Below, in pieces: positions 58,548-64,000 of a DNA stretch of 64,000 nt; positions within the stretch are counted from its first letter, which is position 1, and the number at the start of each line of letters is the position of its first letter. Below the pieces are notes generated by a model. The model ran no database searches. It was not told where the DNA came from and saw nothing but the letters and a program-made list of their open reading frames with translations. Where the stretch lies: the NCBI GenBank assembly GCA_964407105.1, contig CAYOUG010000001.1, forward strand, positions 164,273 through 228,272, written 5' to 3'. This stretch comes from an uncultured Candidatus Saccharibacteria bacterium. GTDB lineage: Bacteria; Patescibacteriota; Minisyncoccia; Phycocordibacterales; CALRHW01. The position numbers were made by a program, and so were the translations under genes.

Positions 58548-59378
58548 TTAAAAATCGTAACTATACACATCTACAAGTCGGCCTTGAGCATCCCAAAGAC
58601 GAAGTGTGTCTTTTTCTTTATACCAATACGGGAATTTACTATTTAGAAACAAACGCCACTCTGGTTTATAAAAATCTTTATCTTCAACATGCAGTCCGAC
58701 ACAAGCTCCGTACGACATTGTTTTTTCAATATATGCTTTGCAGTATGATGGCAAATTCGGTAATTTTTTTGGTGGAAGTTCACATCTAGAAAATGAATGA
58801 AGGTAGTCCATGCACTCATCGTTATCCTCTACTTTTTTTGGTAAAAAATCTTCATTTTCTGGAAGTGGACACTGAAGCGGAAGAGTGGGTGTAAAAAGAT
58901 ATTTTTCCTCATAATAACCCGTGCATAGATTTGTTCGAAAAGAAAAACTCATCGGTGATTTTCCTGATGAAAGAATAACTTTGTCACCCTTTTTTAAAAT
59001 CATTGTTTGTACTGGTAAAATTTCAGGAAAAGGGGATGCAGTACCAATAACTGCTTTATTTCCGGTTGTATCACTTGTAATAGTCCAACCCGTAAACACA
59101 ATCGGATCTCTAAAAGATGATTTGATTGTTATGTATTCTGATCCGGCAAACGTTCCGGGGTTTTTTATTCCAATAATTCCTACATAATTTTTATATGGTG
59201 AGACAGCGCCAAAATTTGTTGTTTGTGCACCCAACACTTCTCCTTTTGTGCTTTGTGAACTGGATGTTTTTGAGTTAGTTTTTTTTGTAGACGTAAAGAG
59301 CTTACCGTCTTGATAGAGTGTCATGATTATTGCAATAGCAATAATTGTTGTGAGTATAAATGGTCCACCGTTTTTCAT
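58548..59378 (-). CDS. Membrane-anchored lamin-tail-domain-like protein with Cys insert
   Basis: EYITI....GWTI, W....DTLRLWD.QGRLVD; 6 Cys. Confidence 0.6.
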   Translation of the reverse strand: MKNGGPFILTTIIAIAIIMTLYQDGKLFTSTKKTNSKTSSSQSTKGEVLGAQTTNFGAVSPYKNYVGIIGIKNPGTFAGSEYITIKSSFRDPIVFTGWTITSDTTGNKAVIGTASPFPEILPVQTMILKKGDKVILSSGKSPMSFSFRTNLCTGYYEEKYLFTPTLPLQCPLPENEDFLPKKVEDNDECMDYLHSFSRCELPPKKLPNLPSYCKAYIEKTMSYGACVGLHVEDKDFYKPEWRLFLNSKFPYWYKEKDTLRLWDAQGRLVDVYSYDF

Positions 59379-60292
59379 ATTGTATATTTTTTTTGATGTG
59401 TATCGCAGAAATGTGCACTTCGACCGCCAACTATTTTGCGCTCTATTTTGCCTGTACAACCACGCTTACGACACAGTTCGTTTTTCCGTCGATATACGTT
59501 GTGTTCATTTTGAAATTTTCCCATTTCTCCATGAATATTTCGATAATCAGACATTGAGTCGCCACCGAAATCGATGCCTTTGGCGAGCACTTTTTGAGTA
59601 AAACGATGCATTATCCTAAGAGCCTGGTCGGGAATAGCCTTGACGAATGTTTCTGGATGAACACCACTATACCACAATATTTCATCTGAGTAAATATTAC
59701 CAATACCAGAAATTAGTGTTTGGTCCATAAGAACTGTCTTTATTTTTCCTTTAGGTTTTTTGTATAAACGATTTTTGAAAATGGAAAATGTAAATTTTTT
59801 GTCGGTAGGTTCGGGTCCAAGTTCACGAAGGTCAACAGACTGCGCAAGCGTGTCGGTGGAAAGTAGTGTTACCTTTGCAAATTTACGTGTGTCAGAAAGA
59901 GCAACGTGTTTTTTGTTTGAGAGAATAATTACAAAATGTACTCGTGCATTAAATGGGTCGTCGCGCAGTGGCCCAGCGTGTTTAGCAATCCAAGTTTTTT
60001 CATTTTTTTCATACTGTCCAAAAAGTAGGTGGCCGGTCATTTTCATATGCACTAAAATGGTGTGATTTCCTTCCAGATGTATGAGTACGTTTTTACCACG
60101 TCTTCCAACAGATAAGATTTTTTTACCACACACCGCTTTTCGAAAACTTTTAAAAAAAGTTGGATTTTTTATATTTTTTTTACCAATATAAAAACTACTA
60201 TTGTAGTCTGTCCAAACATCTACAATTTTTAGATTGGGCAAGACATTTTGCAAGCCTGTGGCAGTGGTGTGTACTTCTGGTAGTTCTGGCAT
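59375..60292 (-). CDS. mutM: Formamidopyrimidine-DNA glycosylase
   Basis: MPELPEV, RRGK, H.KMTG, GIGNIYSDE and zinc finger. Confidence 0.96.
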   Translation of the reverse strand: MPELPEVHTTATGLQNVLPNLKIVDVWTDYNSSFYIGKKNIKNPTFFKSFRKAVCGKKILSVGRRGKNVLIHLEGNHTILVHMKMTGHLLFGQYEKNEKTWIAKHAGPLRDDPFNARVHFVIILSNKKHVALSDTRKFAKVTLLSTDTLAQSVDLRELGPEPTDKKFTFSIFKNRLYKKPKGKIKTVLMDQTLISGIGNIYSDEILWYSGVHPETFVKAIPDQALRIMHRFTQKVLAKGIDFGGDSMSDYRNIHGEMGKFQNEHNVYRRKNELCRKRGCTGKIERKIVGGRSAHFCDTHQKKYTI

Positions 60293-60331
60293 AGTGAGGA
60301 TTATATCCTACCGCATGTTATACTTTTTGCC

Positions 60332-61180
60332 ATGAAACGTACCATTTTTCTGATTATCGCTCTTTCTTTGTTTGGTTTTATGATATACACCGGCAAAGCT
60401 GATGCTCCAGTGCTCGACGCAAAAATACAACAAACACAACAAGAAAAAATTAAAGTTCTTATTGTGGTGGGACATGACAATGTGGTGTGGGGTGCGAAGT
60501 TTGGAGCGCTTAAAGAGGTTGTCCTCAATAGAATTTTAGGGCAATATCTTTTTGAACTTCTTTCTTCAGATCCTCTTTTTGAACCCACAATTACTCAGCG
60601 TGATGGTAAATATATTCCGGAGCTTGCAGATTTCTTTGATACACAAGAAGAAAAAATACATAAATATCGTGCAGAGCTTAAGCAAACATTTATTAAAAAA
60701 GAAGAGCCGGGCGACGTTGATGATATCAAACACAACAAAGTGACTGAGGGTGTGGCTCAGGTACTTTACGGTACCAATATGTGGGCACAAGAAAAAAATT
60801 TTGATCTCATCTTGCACGTACATTTTAATGATTATCCTGGTCGACCACGTACAAGTGCAGGAAAATATTTTGGCTTCGCTGTGTATGTACCAGATCACAC
60901 GTTGCAAAATGCGCAGAAAAGTATTGAGCTTGGAAAAGTACTTCACAAAACTCTTGCAGAATATCAACCAGAAAGTAATTTATTTATTGAAAAAGTGGGT
61001 GTGATAGAAAGTGAAGATTTGATCGCACTCGGCGCAAAAAATAGTTTGAGTATTCCAGCGGTACTTATTGAGTATGCGTATATTGCTGAATCACGACTTA
61101 ATGATGAGCGACGAGAAGGGGAGTTGCGCGCGATGGCAAAGCAAACTTATGATGGGCTGAAGGAGTTTTATCAGAAGTAG
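60332..61180 (+). CDS. N-acetylmuramoyl-L-alanine amidase (Amidase_3-like)
   Basis: VGHD..E, HVHFN and PAVLIE motifs; N-terminal signal or TM. Confidence 0.8.
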   Translation: MKRTIFLIIALSLFGFMIYTGKADAPVLDAKIQQTQQEKIKVLIVVGHDNVVWGAKFGALKEVVLNRILGQYLFELLSSDPLFEPTITQRDGKYIPELADFFDTQEEKIHKYRAELKQTFIKKEEPGDVDDIKHNKVTEGVAQVLYGTNMWAQEKNFDLILHVHFNDYPGRPRTSAGKYFGFAVYVPDHTLQNAQKSIELGKVLHKTLAEYQPESNLFIEKVGVIESEDLIALGAKNSLSIPAVLIEYAYIAESRLNDERREGELRAMAKQTYDGLKEFYQK

Positions 61181-61209
61181 GACAAAAAACCAAAACATGT
61201 GTTGAGAAG

Positions 61210-61330
61210 AGAAAAATAAAAACAGTGGTGTGTCTCGCGATACGCGTCAATCGCTGCTGCGATTGCTGCTCCGCTCGGCGCCGTCGCGCCTGCGCGAGTT
61301 CGCTTAACACACCACTGTTTTTATTTTTCT
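61210..61330 (+). repeat. Palindromic element family B, copy 3
   Basis: Perfect 24-bp arms agaaaaataaaaacagtggtgtgt and its reverse complement; the right arm overlaps the murE stop. Confidence 0.93.
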
Positions 61331-62589
61331 AACATCTTTCGCAACTCCTCTTCTGCTACTGCGCGATCACTCCACGGTTCTTTTGTTCCACCTGCGCGCA
61401 TGATATATGGATCAGTTCCTTTTCCAGTAATAAGTATAGCGTCACCGGCGCGCGCTTTGGAAATAGCTTTTGCAATAGCTTGTCTGCGATCCATAATGAT
61501 TTCACAGGGTTTTTCAACAATTGCCTTTTTCATTTCCTCCACAATGCTTAAAGGATCATCATCGTAAGGATCTTCGTCGGTAAGAATAATTTCATCACAA
61601 TATGAGTCGGCGATTTGTGCCATTTCTGGTCTTTTCCAAGTATCACGTCCACCACCGGTATTACCAAGTACACATATTTTTCGTTGAGTAGGAAATGCTT
61701 GGTAAAGCTTTTCAAGAGAGTCTGCGGTGTGTGCATAGTCGACAATAACATCAAAATTTTGTCCCATCTCGACACGTTCAACACGCCCTTTGATTGGCGC
61801 AATATGTGAAAGTGCACGGGCGATTGTTTCAACAGGAATTCCCATTGCGTGTGTTACTGTTGCTGCAGCAAGAGCATTGTATATATTAAAAAGTCCCGTG
61901 AGCGGCATGAAAATTTTTGTACCATGAAATGTGAATGTAACAGAATGTTGATTTTCTTTGTTATCAAGCGTATACGGTTTTGCGTCATTAATTGAAAATG
62001 GAACAGTGTGTTTTATTTTTGGTAAAGAAAGATAAAATGTGGATTCGCTATCGTCAAGATTTGCTACCATCCACGTTTCTTTATGCGAACGAGTAAGTGC
62101 TAAAGCGATAGACCTTTTTGCGTCACGGTATTTTTCAAACGAACCATGTGACTCAATATGTTCTGGCGAAAGATTATTGAATATAAGTGCATTAAGTTCT
62201 ATGCCGTGATGACGATATTGTCTCGCACCCTCAGAGGTTATTTCTATTACTGCATGAGTACACTGAGCATTTACTGCTTCCCGTAAAAAATTTTGCATAA
62301 AAAAGCGTCCCGGCATCGACATTTTATACATATTCGGACGACTTTTTTCGGCAATTTTAAAACGAATAGTATTTGAAAGCGCAGTTTTTTTGCCCGCTTC
62401 TTCTAGTATTGCGTTGATAAGTTCTGTCGTACTAGATTTTCCTTTTGTGCCCGTAACACCTATTACTATAAGTTTTTTTGAAGGAAAGCCGTTGAGTATT
62501 GTGCCTGTGTATGCAAGAAGTATGTGATATGCAGGTTGAAAAAAATTAAACATTGGTTTAGGAATAATTTTTTTAAGAAATGAAAACAT
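61321..62589 (-). CDS. murE: UDP-MurNAc-tripeptide synthetase
   Basis: GVTGTKGKS, DYAHT, GGRD..KRP.M, DEDPY, DR..AI and GKG motifs. Confidence 0.9.
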   Translation of the reverse strand: MFSFLKKIIPKPMFNFFQPAYHILLAYTGTILNGFPSKKLIVIGVTGTKGKSSTTELINAILEEAGKKTALSNTIRFKIAEKSRPNMYKMSMPGRFFMQNFLREAVNAQCTHAVIEITSEGARQYRHHGIELNALIFNNLSPEHIESHGSFEKYRDAKRSIALALTRSHKETWMVANLDDSESTFYLSLPKIKHTVPFSINDAKPYTLDNKENQHSVTFTFHGTKIFMPLTGLFNIYNALAAATVTHAMGIPVETIARALSHIAPIKGRVERVEMGQNFDVIVDYAHTADSLEKLYQAFPTQRKICVLGNTGGGRDTWKRPEMAQIADSYCDEIILTDEDPYDDDPLSIVEEMKKAIVEKPCEIIMDRRQAIAKAISKARAGDAILITGKGTDPYIMRAGGTKEPWSDRAVAEEELRKMLEK

Positions 62590-62600
62590 TGTGGTTTTTA

Positions 62601-63182
62601 TTACATTTTTGAACCCAAAATTTTTAATGCCTCTTTTACTCGTGCGCCAGTATTTTTAATTTCTTTAGAAACTTTTTGCAAAGTTTCCCTCGCTTCATTT
62701 TGTGAATACCCAAGAGATTTAAGTGCTTCTATTACGTCTGAATCTTTTTTAAAATTTTCTGCACCGGCACCGGTTGCATCCATTCCCTCAAATTTTCCTC
62801 TAAGTTCACGCACAATTTTTTCAGCTATTTTTTTACCGACACCGGAAACTTTTGTAAGGTAGGCGGTTTCTCCTGAAGATATTGCCATACGCACAGTTTC
62901 AGGAAGCACCACCGCAAGTACACCGATAGCTGTTTTTGGTCCAATACCAGAGACAGTAATTAGCATCTCAAAAAGATCGAGATCTTCTTTGCTCTCAAAA
63001 CCATATAAATCAAGGGCGTTTTCTCTTACAGCAAGATGAGTCCAAAGAGTAATTTTATTACCTTCCCGCGCATTATCGAGTATCGACGGGGTGGTGGCTA
63101 CTTTATATCCCACACCAGCCACATTTACCACAATATGACGTATATCTTTGTATAACACCACCCCTCGAATTTGAGAAATCAT
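62601..63182 (-). CDS. ruvA: Holliday junction DNA-binding subunit
   Basis: GVGY, VRE..L.LYGF, VSGIGPK.A and AL.SLGY motifs. Confidence 0.96.
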   Translation of the reverse strand: MISQIRGVVLYKDIRHIVVNVAGVGYKVATTPSILDNAREGNKITLWTHLAVRENALDLYGFESKEDLDLFEMLITVSGIGPKTAIGVLAVVLPETVRMAISSGETAYLTKVSGVGKKIAEKIVRELRGKFEGMDATGAGAENFKKDSDVIEALKSLGYSQNEARETLQKVSKEIKNTGARVKEALKILGSKM

Positions 63183-63253
63183 GGCTGTATGATAACAGAA
63201 TTTGCCTTTTTGAGCGATATTTGCTACGATGCTTTGACATACAAAATACATTT

Positions 63254-63517
63254 ATGCCAATTACATCATCAGCAAAAAAGGCACTTCGAAATTCTGCGCG
63301 TAAGCGAGTTTTTAATACACGCAAAAAAGACTCTCTTCAGAGTGCTCTTAAAAAACTTCGCAAGCTTGTTTTAGAAAAAAACAAAACAGAAGCGCAGAAA
63401 CAAATGATTTTAATTCAAAAAACCTTAGATAAATCTGCAAAAACAGGTTTAATCAAAAAGAATACCGCCTCAAGAAAAAAATCTCGTTTGGTTGCGATGA
63501 TCAAGAAAATAGCATAG
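63254..63517 (+). CDS. rpsT: 30S ribosomal protein S20
   Basis: MPITSSAKKALR...DK.AK.G.IKKNTASRKKSRL. Confidence 0.96.
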   Translation: MPITSSAKKALRNSARKRVFNTRKKDSLQSALKKLRKLVLEKNKTEAQKQMILIQKTLDKSAKTGLIKKNTASRKKSRLVAMIKKIA

Positions 63518-63523
63518 ATTGTC

Positions 63524-63559
63524 ACAAAAAATCCCACACTGTTGTGTGGGATTTTTTGT
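63524..63559. terminator. Bidirectional terminator
   Basis: acaaaaaatcccacac-tgtt-gtgtgggattttttgt. Confidence 0.85.
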
Positions 63560-63789
63560 TATAGTTTTTGGATTTCTTTTAGATCGTGATCTGGGGCGTA
63601 GAGAATTACCAATCCTATAATTATTCCACCAAGTCCTGTTAAAAAATGTGAACCTCCGAAAAACCAAATATCGATAGAATCAAGAACGTGCCACACACCT
63701 CTCCAAATGAGCACAAGACCCAAAATAATACTTAAATTTTTTGCTAAATACACCAACGTCAACTTTTTTTGATACCCCATATTATTCAT
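63559..63789 (-). CDS. Small two-TM membrane protein
   Basis: LIWRGVW..LD motif; convergent on the rpsT terminator. Confidence 0.7.
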   Translation of the reverse strand: MNNMGYQKKLTLVYLAKNLSIILGLVLIWRGVWHVLDSIDIWFFGGSHFLTGLGGIIIGLVILYAPDHDLKEIQKL

Positions 63790-63840
63790 ATGTTTAAAAT
63801 CCTATCATAATACAAAAACCTAAGCCACCACCCCAAAAAG

Positions 63841-63912
63841 TGCTCTCAGTAGGAATCGGACCTACATCGCAAGCTCCGCAAGCTCGCATTCTATCCATTG
63901 AACTATGAGAGC
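63841..63912 (-). tRNA. tRNA-Arg(GCG)
   Basis: gctctca/tgagagc acceptor stem; cgagc-TTGCGGA-gcttg; T-loop variant GTCCGATTC. Confidence 0.9.
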
Positions 63913-64000
63913 AAAAATATGTTCACGTTTTATCTATAGGAACACAAGCAGGGTATCACGAAAAAGTTAAAAACCCAAATACTCCATGAGTTTTTGTAGG

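Noticed and set aside
66-61330. CRISPR array or integron attC array
   Set aside because: The repeats are dispersed rather than tandem; there are no cas or intI genes and no RYYYAAC/GTTRRRY ends

Overview
Origin-proximal chromosome segment of an AT-rich, small-genome bacterium. Gene content points to Patescibacteria/Parcubacteria (inference): trigger factor without the FKBP domain, short YebC and HolA, a chromosomal PrgI/VirB4/VirB6/pilin locus, and mostly leaderless genes. It contains yidC-rnpA-rpmH<>dnaA-oriC-dnaN, ruvA/B/C, polA, uvrD, xth, mutM, a Xer recombinase, comM, pilB, rny, clpP, HU, tyrS, murE, a class A PBP and six tRNAs. No CRISPR array, prophage, transposase or reverse transcriptase was found. 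The most unusual signal is non-coding. At least nine intergenic elements in three sub-families each carry a conserved core enclosed by long inverted-repeat arms that differ at every locus; two sub-families have branched cores with covarying stems and a shared GCGCGACGGCGC motif. Also notable: three unannotated structured RNA candidates, parS sites written into the yraN coding sequence, self-contained SD-led single-gene cassettes with boxA-like motifs and long leader hairpins, a dead/active M14 peptidase pair, an unannotated hyper-acidic 37-aa ORF, and tRNA-Arg(GCG) plus tRNA-Arg(UCG). All structures were paired by eye; no searches or folding programs were run.
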